Positions 52,148-62,626 of a stretch of 64,000 bases of DNA are shown here, piece by piece. The notes below the pieces were generated by a model that did no database searches, was not told the origin of the DNA, and worked only from the letters and a program-made list of their open reading frames with translations. The stretch is taken from contig JAXJJM010000011.1 in NCBI GenBank assembly GCA_036298225.1, positions 1,056 to 65,055 of the forward strand, given 5' to 3'. Made by a program: the position numbers and the translations under genes. How positions within the stretch are numbered: position 1 is the first letter of the stretch; every line of letters starts with the position of its first letter. The stretch is from Collinsella sp. Its GTDB lineage: Bacteria; Actinomycetota; Coriobacteriia; Coriobacteriales; Coriobacteriaceae.

Positions 52148-52177
52148 GCCGTTCGTCCCAAAAACGGTGCCGCTCGT
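52148..52177 (+). promoter_or_regulatory. Putative LytTR direct-repeat binding site
   Basis: GCCGTTCGT (52148) and GCCGCTCGT (52169), 21-bp period, upstream of the APC permease. Confidence 0.45.
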
Positions 52178-52319
52178 TTTGCAATTCTGCCTTCGGTCGA
52201 GCTGCGAGCGGCGCTGCTGCGCCAAGGCCGTATCTTAAAGCCATGGAATAAAAGCGCGCGGCAAAACGGACCGCGCAAGGGGTGACGCCAAGGGCGTCAA
52301 ACAGGAAAGGAGGGGAACA

Positions 52320-53771
52320 ATGGCGGACAAGAACGCAGAAGTTGCAGTCGAGGATAACGGCGGCATGAAGAAAACGCTTTCGCTCTGGAACTTCTTCACC
52401 ATCGGCTTTGGTGCCATCATCGGTACCGGTTGGGTTCTGCAGGTCGGCGACTGGATGGTCGTGGGCGGCGGTCCCGTTCCCGCTATGATCGCATTCCTCT
52501 TGGGTGCAATCTTCCTCGTGCCCGTCGGAGCTGTTTTCGGTGAGCTCACGGCTGCTATCCCCATCTCGGGCGGCATCGTCGAGTATGTCGATCGTAGCTT
52601 TGGCCGTACGCTGAGCTACATCACCGGATGGCTTTTGGCCCTGGGCAACGGCATCCTGTGCCCGTGGGAGGCCATCGCCATTTCGACCCTCGTGTCCGAG
52701 ATGTTCGGCAGCCTGCCCGGCCTTGAGTGGCTGCGCGCCATCAAGCTCTACACCATCCTGGGGGCCGACGTTTACCTGTTCCCGACGCTGATCGCGCTCG
52801 GCTTTGCAGTCTACGTCATCTTCCTTAACTTCCGCGGTGCCAGCTCGGCTGCCAAGCTCCAGGCCTTCCTGACCAAGGCTCTGCTCTGCGGCATGCTGCT
52901 CGCCATGGGCGTCTCGCTGTTCACCGGCTCGCCGGACAACGCCATGCCCGTGTTCTCCCAGGTCACCGGCGCTGGCGGCGGCAAGGCCGCTACCGAGAGC
53001 ACCAGCCTGTTTGCCGGCATCGTGTCGGTCCTGGTTCTGACCCCGTTCTTCTACGCCGGCTTCGACACCATTCCTCAGCAGGCTGAGGAAGCAGCCGAGG
53101 GCCTTAACTGGAACAAGTTCGGCAAGATCATCTCCCTGGCCCTGCTGGCCGCCGGCGGCTTCTACATGGTCTGCATTTACTCGTTCGGCACTATCCTTGA
53201 CTGGCACGAGTTTGTTAAGAGCCCGGTTCCCGCGCTTGCCTGCCTCAAGGGCATCAACATGCTCCTGTACCTGGCCATGCTCGTCATCGCTACGCTTGGA
53301 CCCATGGGTCCGATGAACTCCTTCTACGGCGCCACGAGCCGCATCATGCTCGCCATGGGCCGCAAGGGCCAGCTGCCCGAGCAGTTCGCCGAGGTCGACC
53401 CCAAGTCCGGCGCTCCCAAGCTCGCCTGCGTCGTTCTGGGCGCCATCACCGTCGTCGGTCCGTTCCTGGGCAAGAACATGCTCATCCCTCTGACCAACGT
53501 GTCGGCTCTCGCCTTCATCTTCTCCTGCGGCATGGTCGCCCTCGCTTGCCTGCGCATGCGCTTCACCGAGCCCGACCTGCCTCGTCCCTACGAGGTGCCC
53601 GGCGGCAAGTTTGGCATCGGCCTCGCTATCGCTGCCTGCGCCATCATCATCGGCCTGCTCGTGATTCCGTTCTCTCCCGCCTCCCTCAACATGGTGGAGT
53701 GGAGCATCGTGATCGGCTGGCTGGCCGTCGGCCTGGCTCTCATGGCCTTCACCAATTCCCGCAAAAAGTAA
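52320..53771 (+). CDS. APC family amino acid permease
   Basis: GAIIGTG, ELTAAIPISGG, FFYAGFD, SRIMLAMGR, RPYEVP; ~12 TM. Confidence 0.9.
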   Translation: MADKNAEVAVEDNGGMKKTLSLWNFFTIGFGAIIGTGWVLQVGDWMVVGGGPVPAMIAFLLGAIFLVPVGAVFGELTAAIPISGGIVEYVDRSFGRTLSYITGWLLALGNGILCPWEAIAISTLVSEMFGSLPGLEWLRAIKLYTILGADVYLFPTLIALGFAVYVIFLNFRGASSAAKLQAFLTKALLCGMLLAMGVSLFTGSPDNAMPVFSQVTGAGGGKAATESTSLFAGIVSVLVLTPFFYAGFDTIPQQAEEAAEGLNWNKFGKIISLALLAAGGFYMVCIYSFGTILDWHEFVKSPVPALACLKGINMLLYLAMLVIATLGPMGPMNSFYGATSRIMLAMGRKGQLPEQFAEVDPKSGAPKLACVVLGAITVVGPFLGKNMLIPLTNVSALAFIFSCGMVALACLRMRFTEPDLPRPYEVPGGKFGIGLAIAACAIIIGLLVIPFSPASLNMVEWSIVIGWLAVGLALMAFTNSRKK

Positions 53772-53902
53772 CGCCGAGCCGGGGCGGATCAGGTGCGCGG
53801 GACCCTCTCTTCCGCGCACCGAACCCGGCACCACTTGGGTAGCTTTGTGAGGCCTTAACCCAACGCGGCCTCGCCCACTATATGGATCCATAAGGAGGAA
53901 CC

Positions 53903-55180
53903 ATGTCCACTAAGTATGCAATCGTTGGCGGCAAGCTCATCGACGGTACCGGTGCCGAGCCGGTCGAGAACTCCCTCGTTCTCGTCGACGACAACGGCAA
54001 GATCGAGTACGCCGGCGCCATGCAGGACCTTCCCGAGGGCGTTGAGGTCATCGACGCCGCCGGCAAGACCGTCCTTCCCGGCCTGATCGACACCCATCTG
54101 CACTTCTCGGGCAACCTGACCGACGATGACACCGATTGGGTCATGCAGCCGCTCCTCGAGAAGCAGGCCGTCGCCGTCAAGCAGGCCTACGACTGCCTCA
54201 CCCACGGCCTCACCACCGTCTGCGAGATCGGCCGCTTTGGTATCCAGATCCGTGACTGCATCGACAAGGGCGTCTTTAAGGGCCCGCGCGTTCTGGCCAC
54301 CGGTCTGGGCTTCTGCCGTGTTGCCGGTCACGGTGACTCCCACCACTGCACCCAGGAGCTCAACAAGGAATCCCACCCCTGGGGCGATCAGGTCGACGGT
54401 CCTTGGGAGCTGCGCAAGGCCGTCCGTCGTCGCCTGCGCGAGAACCCCGATGCCATCAAGATCTGGGCAACCGGTGGTGGCATCTGGCGCTGGGACTCCG
54501 GTCGCGACCAGCACTATTGCTCCGAGGAGATCCAGGCCGTGGTCGAAGAGGCAAAGATGGTCGGCATCCCCGTGTGGAGCCACTGCTACAACAACCACGC
54601 CGCTGCCTACGATTCCGTCCGCTTTGGCTGCGAGCAGCTGATTCACGGCTTCGATATCGATGAGCGCACCATGGACCTCATGGCCGAGCAGGGTACCTTC
54701 TTCACCCCGACGATCGCCTTCCTGCCCACCTGGTACGCCACCTATCCGCCCGTCTACGTTCCCGAGCTGCACGACAAGTACGAGGGCACTCTGGTCGAGA
54801 AGGAGCTGCAGCGCAACTACGACTGCCTGCGCGAGGCCAAGAAGCGCGGCGTCGTCATGACGATCGGCTCCGACTCCTTCTCCTTCGTCACCCCGTACGG
54901 CACTTGCTCCATCGAGGAGATGTACGAGTTCGTCGACAAGATCGGCTTCACTCCGGTCGAGACCATCACCTGCGCCACCCTCAACGGTGCCAAGATGTGC
55001 CACATCGAGGACGAGACCGGTTCCATCGAGGCCGGCAAGTGCGCCGACCTGCTGGTCGTCAACGGTGACGTCGCCGCCGACATCCACGTGCTCAACACCG
55101 ACAACATGGACGTCATCATGAAGGACGGCTGGATTGTCGAGGGCGGCACCTTCGGCGAGGCAAACAAGTACAGCGCCTAA
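53903..55180 (+). CDS. Metal-dependent amidohydrolase family protein
   Basis: PGLIDTHLH, IKIWATGG, IHG, IGSD, GSIEAGKCADL. Confidence 0.88.
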   Translation: MSTKYAIVGGKLIDGTGAEPVENSLVLVDDNGKIEYAGAMQDLPEGVEVIDAAGKTVLPGLIDTHLHFSGNLTDDDTDWVMQPLLEKQAVAVKQAYDCLTHGLTTVCEIGRFGIQIRDCIDKGVFKGPRVLATGLGFCRVAGHGDSHHCTQELNKESHPWGDQVDGPWELRKAVRRRLRENPDAIKIWATGGGIWRWDSGRDQHYCSEEIQAVVEEAKMVGIPVWSHCYNNHAAAYDSVRFGCEQLIHGFDIDERTMDLMAEQGTFFTPTIAFLPTWYATYPPVYVPELHDKYEGTLVEKELQRNYDCLREAKKRGVVMTIGSDSFSFVTPYGTCSIEEMYEFVDKIGFTPVETITCATLNGAKMCHIEDETGSIEAGKCADLLVVNGDVAADIHVLNTDNMDVIMKDGWIVEGGTFGEANKYSA

Positions 55181-55292
55181 GCTACCGTTCATCGATGGCT
55201 TGATGTAAAACACAGTATTTGATTGCATAATGCAATGGAGAGGGTCGCTTGCGGCCCTCTTTATTGCTATGGGGTGCGTCGGTAAGAAGGAG

Positions 55293-56684
55293 ATGACGGT
55301 GGAACTCAATAGGCTGATTCTGGGCAAGAGCTACAACTCTACCAAGGTCTTTCGTACCGCTCAGCATGTGGTTCAAGCCATCTTGCTCGGTATTGTCGTT
55401 CCGCTGCTTATCCTGCTGCTCATCTGGGATCTAACCGATAATCCCAATCCCGTTCCGGCCGTTGTCGTCATTGCCGGCTTGGTCATGCTGTGCTTCTTCT
55501 TCTCGTACGTCTTTGTCGTTCCCGACGACCTCACATCGAGCGCAACCGACCGCACGCTCGCCATCGCTTCAAAAATATTCGCCTACACGTCGCGCGGCCT
55601 TACGCCCGAAGCTGCCCTAGGCGCCTCTAAGATCATCCTGTCCGAAACTATCGCCTCTGCCATCTGCTTTACCGACGGCAAGCAGGTGTTGGCAAGCTGG
55701 GGCGAGGACTCGGCAAAATGCCCCGCGGGCACCCCGGTGGTGCTGCGGACTACGCTCAACGTGATCAACAGCGGTGAGCAAAGCGTGTTCTCGCGCGATG
55801 CCTCGACCGAGACAGGTGGCTACTTTCCGCGCCTGCGCGCCGGTATTGTCGCACCGCTTACCGTGCGCGGGCATTGCGTGGGCACGCTCGAGCTGTATTA
55901 TCCCCGTCTGAGCAGCATCGATATGCGCCAGACGGCGCTTGCCTCGGGCTTTGCCGACCTCATTTCCACGCAGCTTGCGAGCTTTGAGCTCGAGCGCCAG
56001 GACGAGCTTACGGCCCGCGTGGAGCTGCGCGCCTTGCAATCGCAGGTCGATCCTCATTTTCTGTTTAACACCATCAGCACCATCGTGTCGCTCGTGCGTA
56101 CCGAGCCAGACAAGGCCAGGTCGCTGCTGATCGACTTCTCCAACTACTACCGTCAGACGCTTTCTGATTCCGATACCCTCACAACGCTCGAGCACGAGGT
56201 GGAACAGGGCACTCGCTATATCAATCTTATGCAGGCTCGTTATGGCGACGGCCGTCTGCGCGTCTCGGTCGATATCGACTTTGAGGTGCGCGATTGCATG
56301 GTGCCGCCGTTTATCTTGCAGCCGTTGCTCGAAAACTGCATCAAGCACGCGCAGCGCGAGACCGAGCCGCTTTCTATTCATGTTAGGGCTTTCGAGACCG
56401 ATGACGGTTTGGAGATCATCGTCGAGGACGATGGCATCGGTATGAGCGAAGAGGTCTGCGCGCATCTGTTTGAGCAACATCGCCTGGAGGAGCCCGAGAG
56501 CATTACCGCCGACGGCTCCGTCAAGCGAGGTTGCGGCCTGGCGCTCTTCAACGTGCTTCAGCGCATCCATTTCTTTTACGGAGAAGATTCCGGCATGCGC
56601 GTGAAGTCCCAGGAGGGCGTGGGAACGCAGGTCATCGTCGAGCTGAACGGCGAGCCGCATGAGCCTGCGCCGTTGACGGCGTAG
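55293..56684 (+). CDS. LytS-family sensor histidine kinase
   Basis: 2 TM, GAF-like region, ELRALQSQVDPHFLFNT, LQPLLENCIKH, DDGIG. Confidence 0.9.
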   Translation: MTVELNRLILGKSYNSTKVFRTAQHVVQAILLGIVVPLLILLLIWDLTDNPNPVPAVVVIAGLVMLCFFFSYVFVVPDDLTSSATDRTLAIASKIFAYTSRGLTPEAALGASKIILSETIASAICFTDGKQVLASWGEDSAKCPAGTPVVLRTTLNVINSGEQSVFSRDASTETGGYFPRLRAGIVAPLTVRGHCVGTLELYYPRLSSIDMRQTALASGFADLISTQLASFELERQDELTARVELRALQSQVDPHFLFNTISTIVSLVRTEPDKARSLLIDFSNYYRQTLSDSDTLTTLEHEVEQGTRYINLMQARYGDGRLRVSVDIDFEVRDCMVPPFILQPLLENCIKHAQRETEPLSIHVRAFETDDGLEIIVEDDGIGMSEEVCAHLFEQHRLEEPESITADGSVKRGCGLALFNVLQRIHFFYGEDSGMRVKSQEGVGTQVIVELNGEPHEPAPLTA

Positions 56685-56722
56685 CACGCGGTTGGATTGA
56701 GAGAAAAAGAGGGGAAGCACAT

Positions 56723-57457
56723 ATGTCCGAAGGCTGGAACATCTTGGTGGTTGATGACGAGCCTCCCACTAGGGCTGAGCTACGCTATCTGTTGGAAAAG
56801 GATACGCGTGTGGGTCAGATTGCCGAGGCGGGCAATGTCACCGAAGCCGTGGAGTCGATTCTGTCGAACAAGCCCGACGTGTTGTTTTTAGACATTACCA
56901 TGCCCGGTCGCTCGGGAATTGAGCTTGCCGAGACGCTGCAGAACCTAAAGACGCCGCCGGTGGTTGTGTTTGTGACGGCGTTTGCCGAATTTGCCGCTGA
57001 TGCGTATAACCTCGATGCGGTCGACTATGTCGTCAAGCCGGTCGAGGACGCACGCCTGTCAAAGGCACTCGACAAGATCGAGGCAGCCTTGGGTGCCCGT
57101 CGTGTCATCCATGCTCCGCGCCAGCCTTTGCGTCTGACGGTGGACCGCGGGGGCAAAAAGGTGTTCATTCCTGTGGCGGATGTCTGCTACTTTGAGGCGC
57201 GTGCCGATTTTTGCAACGCCGTCTGCGCCGAGGGAACGTACCTGATCAATGAGTCGATCTCTTCGCTCGAGCGTCGCTTGGACTCCGAGGGCTTTATTCG
57301 CGTTCATCGCAGCTACCTGGTCAATTTGGAAGACGTGCACAATGTTGAGATTGGCTCCACGGGGTTGATGGAGCTCAGGCTCGACCGCGTGAACTCGACG
57401 GTACCGGTGTCCCGTCGTCGTGCCGCCGAGGTCAAGTCGCACCTGGGGCTTGCGTAA
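56723..57457 (+). CDS. LytTR-family response regulator
   Basis: VVDDE, FLDITMP, DYVVKP, FIRVHRSYLVN, VPVSRR. Confidence 0.92.
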   Translation: MSEGWNILVVDDEPPTRAELRYLLEKDTRVGQIAEAGNVTEAVESILSNKPDVLFLDITMPGRSGIELAETLQNLKTPPVVVFVTAFAEFAADAYNLDAVDYVVKPVEDARLSKALDKIEAALGARRVIHAPRQPLRLTVDRGGKKVFIPVADVCYFEARADFCNAVCAEGTYLINESISSLERRLDSEGFIRVHRSYLVNLEDVHNVEIGSTGLMELRLDRVNSTVPVSRRRAAEVKSHLGLA

Positions 57458-57549
57458 GAGGCTTGCGTGCCGTCGTTTACCATCGCAGGTTTGGCATGGG
57501 CGCGCGGTGGGCATAATGGGTGGCATCGAATGAAATCGAAAGGATCATT

Positions 57550-58494
57550 ATGCCCGCGCTTATCACCCATCATCTGTTTGGCGAGGAAAGCATCGACCGT
57601 CTTCCGCAGGGCGTCATCACGTCCGATGAAGAGCGCATTGCCTTTATCTTGGGCAACCAAGGCCCCGACCCGTTTTTCTTTCACATTCTGACACCGCGTG
57701 TTTCCGACTGCACACTGCTGGCGCAGGTCATGCATCGGTCGCGCATGTCTCGCCAGTTCGCGTGCCTGCGCGACGGCGTGTCGCATCTGCTGCCGCGCGA
57801 CGCCAGCTTGGGTCGCGCCTTTGCGCTGGGCCTGCTGTCTCATTACGTGCTCGACCGCAACGCCCATCCCTTTGTCTATGAGCAGCAGTTTGGCATCGCG
57901 GAGTCCGATTCAGAGCTTGAGGATTCGAGCAGTCAGGTTCATGCCGTGATCGAGAGCGACCTGGATGTACTGATGCTGCAGCTTAAACGCGCCGGCGCTA
58001 CGGTCGACGATTACCCGCCGGCGGGCGAGATCGTCACCACCGATCGCATCAATCGCGTGGCCGGCGTGCTGATGAGCTATGTTGCCGGACGCGTGTACGG
58101 CATTGACATTCCGGCGGGGGAGTACGGTGCTGCCGTTGCCAATATGCAGCGACTTTACCGCGCGATTGAGCCGGCCGGCTCCGTAAAGACGCGCGCGATC
58201 TCGCTGGTTGAGGGCTTGGTGCACGACTACTCGCTGCTCGACGGCCTTGCCCATCGCGTGACGACGGAGCTGCCCGAGCGCACCGGTAACCTGGGCCATC
58301 TGACATGGAAGAATCCCTTTACCGACGAGGTCTCGAACGAGAGTTTCCCCGAGGTCTTTGATCGCGCGCTGGTCGATTACGAGTGCACGGTCGCACGTTT
58401 TATCGAGACCGGTGACATGGATGCCGTGACCAGTCACGTCAACTACAGCGGTCGCGTGCTCGAAGCCGATGAGGAGTTCGACCGCGAGGAATAG
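57550..58494 (+). CDS. Zinc-dependent phospholipase C family protein
   Basis: MPALITHHLFG, GNQGPD, SHYVLDRNAHPFV, HAVIESDLD. Confidence 0.75.
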   Translation: MPALITHHLFGEESIDRLPQGVITSDEERIAFILGNQGPDPFFFHILTPRVSDCTLLAQVMHRSRMSRQFACLRDGVSHLLPRDASLGRAFALGLLSHYVLDRNAHPFVYEQQFGIAESDSELEDSSSQVHAVIESDLDVLMLQLKRAGATVDDYPPAGEIVTTDRINRVAGVLMSYVAGRVYGIDIPAGEYGAAVANMQRLYRAIEPAGSVKTRAISLVEGLVHDYSLLDGLAHRVTTELPERTGNLGHLTWKNPFTDEVSNESFPEVFDRALVDYECTVARFIETGDMDAVTSHVNYSGRVLEADEEFDREE

Positions 58495-58595
58495 GGCCCG
58501 TGCGTGCCCCTTTGCCGAATCCTTACCGGCGGTTCTGGACAATTGGGGTACGATGAACTAACTGCATATCGGGCGAATACGAAGGGTCCCTGTCC

Positions 58596-59855
58596 ATGAA
58601 ATACACCAAGCTCGAGCGTAACTGGGTTATGTATGATGTGGGCAATTCGGCCCTCGTGCTGCTCAATACCTCGGTGGTGCCCATTTACTTTAACGCCATC
58701 AATACCGGCGCTTCTTCGGCCGACCTGGTGGTCGCCTGGGGCAATGCACAGACGATCGCCTCGCTGGTCATCGCCATGCTCATGCCCATTCTGGGCGCGC
58801 TTGCCGACTACGCCGGCAACAAGATCAAGTTCTTCTTGGGCTTCTTCCTCACGGGCCTGGTGCTTTGCCTGGCGCAGGCTATCCCAATGTCCGCCATGGC
58901 ATTTTTGACCGTGTACGTGCTGTGCACCATCGGCCTTAACTCTTCTATGACGTTCTACGACGCCATGCTGCCCGACATTACCACCGACGAGCGCATGGAC
59001 GCCGTGTCCAGCTCGGGCTATGCCTGGGGCTACATCGGTTCCACCGTGCCGTTCGTCATCTGCCTGGCGCTCATCATGGGTGGCCCCGCTCTTGGCGTCC
59101 CTACCATGCTGGCAACGCGTCTGTCGTTTATCATCACTGGTGCCTGGTGGCTCATCTTTACCCTGCCGCTCATTCGCACCTATAAGCAAAAGTACGGTCG
59201 CGAGCGCGGTCCCGAGGACACTATCGGCCACATCGTGGGCGGTGTGTTCTCCGAGGTCGGACACACCATGCGCGAGATCGCCCACAACAAGACCGTGCTG
59301 GTCTACATGATCGCGTTCTTCTTCTATATCGATGGCGTCCACACGGTCATTTCCATGGCCACCAGTTACGGCTCGGCTTTGGGCATCGATTCGACGCAGC
59401 TGGTGCTGGCGCTGCTCGTTACGCAGTTCGTGGCCTTTCCGTCCGCCATCATCTACGGCAAGCTCGCCGGACGCGTGGGCACGCTCAACATGATCCTGGT
59501 GGCGGTCGCCGCCTACATGGGCATTGTGCTGTTCGCCGCGTTCTTCCTAAAGACCGCCTTTGAGTTTTGGGTGCTTGCCATTATGGTCGGCCTGTTCCAG
59601 GGCGGCGTGCAGGCGCTCAGCCGTAGCTACTTTGGCCGCATTATCCCCAAGGAAAAGTCCAACGAGTACTACGGCTTCTTTGACATCTTTGGTCGTTATG
59701 CAAGCGTTATGGGCACCTTCCTGGTGTCGGTCGTCACCTCGCTGACCGGCAACCCGTCGCTGGGCGTCCTTTCCATTGGCGTGCTGCTGATCGTTGGCTT
59801 TATGCTGCTGGTCCGCCTGTCCCGCATGACTCGGGCGGCAGAGCATGCCGCATAG
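58596..59855 (+). CDS. MFS transporter (UMF1/ATG22-like)
   Basis: WVMYDVGNS, PILGALAD, FYDAML, QGGVQALSRS; ~12 TM. Confidence 0.85.
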   Translation: MKYTKLERNWVMYDVGNSALVLLNTSVVPIYFNAINTGASSADLVVAWGNAQTIASLVIAMLMPILGALADYAGNKIKFFLGFFLTGLVLCLAQAIPMSAMAFLTVYVLCTIGLNSSMTFYDAMLPDITTDERMDAVSSSGYAWGYIGSTVPFVICLALIMGGPALGVPTMLATRLSFIITGAWWLIFTLPLIRTYKQKYGRERGPEDTIGHIVGGVFSEVGHTMREIAHNKTVLVYMIAFFFYIDGVHTVISMATSYGSALGIDSTQLVLALLVTQFVAFPSAIIYGKLAGRVGTLNMILVAVAAYMGIVLFAAFFLKTAFEFWVLAIMVGLFQGGVQALSRSYFGRIIPKEKSNEYYGFFDIFGRYASVMGTFLVSVVTSLTGNPSLGVLSIGVLLIVGFMLLVRLSRMTRAAEHAA

Positions 59856-60026
59856 GAGCGAGCGGCTATTGTGCCTGTCCACGGTACTCTTTTGGGGTTA
59901 TCCGCAATAAACATTGCGACTTGCGAGCAATGATTTGCCCAAGTGGGTATGATGGAATCAGCTAGGTCGCGGGGCGTCGCCTGTGTTTGGCGGCGCCCCG
60001 TTTTTGTGTTGCAGGAAGGGTAAGGC

Positions 60027-61214
60027 ATGAACGCCACGGTCGTGATTCCAACGTATTGGGCGGGCGATGACGCTTGCGCAAACGCCCCTGGCACCTATGA
60101 CCATTCGACGCGACTCAACGCCGACAATCCCGAACTCGACCGCTGCCTGGCCTCGCTTGAGCAGGTACGTGACATCCCGCGCATCATCCTTTTGGTGGTC
60201 TGTCCCGTTTCTGCCACAGCCGATGTGTCGCTGCGCGTGCACGAGATTGTCGACGCGCATCCCACGCTCAAGGTCACCGTTGTCACCAACACCCAGGCCT
60301 CGCGCATCGCAGACCGGGTTGCTCAGATCGCGCCCAAGGGTTCGGGCGAGTGCGTGAGCCTGCGAGGCTACGGTGCCATCCGCAATATGGGGCTAGCCTG
60401 CGCCGCTGTGCTGGGGCATGACGCGGTTATCTTCTTGGATGACGATGAGACTGTCATCGACGCCGACTTTATGAAGCGCTCGACCTATGCGTTGGGGCAG
60501 CAGACGCGTCAGGGCTTGCCGATCTTGGTCAAGAGCGGTTATTTCTACGATCGCGACGGCTCGCCGCTGGCTCCCACGGACAAGGCGGGCATCTGCCATC
60601 GTTGGTGGACCAAGCGCATCGAGTTCAACCGTTGGATGAAAAAGGCGCTTTCGGGCACCCGCATCTCGCGCTCCAACTACGTGTGCGGCGGTCTGATGGC
60701 CCTGCACGCCCGCGCCTTTACGCGTGTGGCCTTTGACCCGTTTATCACCCGCGGCGAGGACTTGGATTACCTCTTTAACATGCGCATGTTTGGCTACGAC
60801 GTGTGGTTCGATAACGAGTGGACCGTGCGCCATCTGCCTCCGGAGTCCGAAAAGCGCTCACCGCGCTTTATGCAGGATGTATACCGTTGGTACTACGAAC
60901 GGGCCAAGTTGACATTCGCCGCGCATCAAAAGGAGCTCATTCCCGTTACGGCGGCATCGCTCATGCCCTACCCGGGCCCGTGGATTTCGCGCGAGCTCGA
61001 CGACCGCGTGCGCAAGACCGCTATGGTCCGCAGCGTGTTTACCCGCGAGCATGAGGGCTACCTGCGCATCTGGCGCCATGGTATCGACGAGGCAAAGGCC
61101 TATGCGCGCCAAAACGCTGCAAGCTACCTGCGTTTCCAGAGCTTTTGGCCCAAGATCATGGACGGGCTTTGGCGTGACGCACAACTGATCAGTATCCTGG
61201 AGGGGGCCGAATGA
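60027..61214 (+). CDS. Glycosyltransferase family 2-like protein
   Basis: VVIPTY, AIRNMGL, FLDDD, RGED motifs. Confidence 0.72.
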   Translation: MNATVVIPTYWAGDDACANAPGTYDHSTRLNADNPELDRCLASLEQVRDIPRIILLVVCPVSATADVSLRVHEIVDAHPTLKVTVVTNTQASRIADRVAQIAPKGSGECVSLRGYGAIRNMGLACAAVLGHDAVIFLDDDETVIDADFMKRSTYALGQQTRQGLPILVKSGYFYDRDGSPLAPTDKAGICHRWWTKRIEFNRWMKKALSGTRISRSNYVCGGLMALHARAFTRVAFDPFITRGEDLDYLFNMRMFGYDVWFDNEWTVRHLPPESEKRSPRFMQDVYRWYYERAKLTFAAHQKELIPVTAASLMPYPGPWISRELDDRVRKTAMVRSVFTREHEGYLRIWRHGIDEAKAYARQNAASYLRFQSFWPKIMDGLWRDAQLISILEGAE

Positions 61215-62554
61215 TCGACCGCCGCGCCCAGCGCGATAGTTCAATATCAATCTTTCGCATCATTGCCGTTGCCTGCGCCATTTGCGTGCTGGTGTACTTT
61301 ATTTTTGCCTTGGTGACCGGTATCGAGCCGATCGCCACGGTGATTGCCTGCGCGCTGCTGTGCATCTTTCTGTGCATCTTTATCTTTTTGACGCTCAATC
61401 CCGATTCGGTGCGCTCCCAGTACACCGAGGAGACGCTCTCGGTGGCCTCGGCCATGCTCGAGGACATTAAGGGCGGTCTGACGCAGGAGTCGGCGCGTTT
61501 GGTGTGCCGGCGCATTTTGCCCGAGACGCGCGCCATGACGGTGGCCATCACCGACGAGGACAACGTGCTTGCCTGCGCGGGCGAGTTTGAGGAAAAACTG
61601 CTGCCCGATACTCCCATCCACACGCTTGCCACACGCTACGTTATCGAACATGGCATCGTGCAGTCGTTCAACCGTATGGTGGATGTCGTGGGCTCGGACG
61701 GCTCGCACAACCAAGTCCCCGCCGGCATTATCGCCCCCATCAAGGTGGGCGATCGTACCGTCGGCACGCTCAAGTTCTACTACAAGACCCCGCGCGCCGT
61801 CGACCGTACCCAGTATGCGCTTGCCTCGGGCTTTGCCGAGATCTTGTCCACGCAGCTCGCCATCCACGAGCTCGAGGTGCAAAAGGAACTCACAGCGCGC
61901 GCCGAGGTGCGTGCGCTGCAGGCGCAGATTAACCCGCACTTCCTGTTCAACACGCTGAACACCATTGCATCGTTTACGCGCACCGACCCGCTGCGGGCCC
62001 GCGAACTGCTTCGTGAGTTCTCATCGTTCTATCGTGCCACGCTCGACAACTCGGGATCGCTTATTCCGGTCTCGCGCGAGGTCGCACAGACCAAGCGCTA
62101 CCTTACCTTTGAGAAGGCCCGCTTTGGCGAGGACCGCGTGCTTGCGACGTTCGATGTGTCCGAGGACGTGGAAGATACGCTGGTGCCGGCGTTCGTGATC
62201 CAGCCGATTGTCGAGAACGCCGTACGTCATGGCATGGGCGATGACGACGCCCTGAGGATCGACGTGACCGTTCACCAAGACGGCGAGGATGCAATCTTGA
62301 TTGCCGTGGCCGATAATGGCGTGGGCATGGATGAGGGTACCGCCGCCAGACTGTTTGACGAGCGTTCTGCCCGTCCCGACGCCAGCTCTCCCCAGGGTGG
62401 CGGCGCCGGTGTGGCCATGCACAATATTTCGGAGCGCATCCATCGCTTTTATGGGCCGCACTCCTATACGCGTGTCGAATCGGCGCCGGGCAAGGGCACC
62501 AAAGTGCTCCTTCATCTTGATTTGTCAGAGAGCATCTTCGACATTCAAGAGTAA
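61211..62554 (+). CDS. LytS-family sensor histidine kinase
   Basis: 2 TM, EVRALQAQINPHFLFNTLN, IQPIVENAVRH, DNGVG. Confidence 0.9.
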   Translation: MIDRRAQRDSSISIFRIIAVACAICVLVYFIFALVTGIEPIATVIACALLCIFLCIFIFLTLNPDSVRSQYTEETLSVASAMLEDIKGGLTQESARLVCRRILPETRAMTVAITDEDNVLACAGEFEEKLLPDTPIHTLATRYVIEHGIVQSFNRMVDVVGSDGSHNQVPAGIIAPIKVGDRTVGTLKFYYKTPRAVDRTQYALASGFAEILSTQLAIHELEVQKELTARAEVRALQAQINPHFLFNTLNTIASFTRTDPLRARELLREFSSFYRATLDNSGSLIPVSREVAQTKRYLTFEKARFGEDRVLATFDVSEDVEDTLVPAFVIQPIVENAVRHGMGDDDALRIDVTVHQDGEDAILIAVADNGVGMDEGTAARLFDERSARPDASSPQGGGAGVAMHNISERIHRFYGPHSYTRVESAPGKGTKVLLHLDLSESIFDIQE

Positions 62555-62626
62555 AATAAAAGGCTACGGGCTCAACGTCATGCGACGGATGCCCGGCGTA
62601 GTTAGTTGACGAAAGGTTTTATCCCT

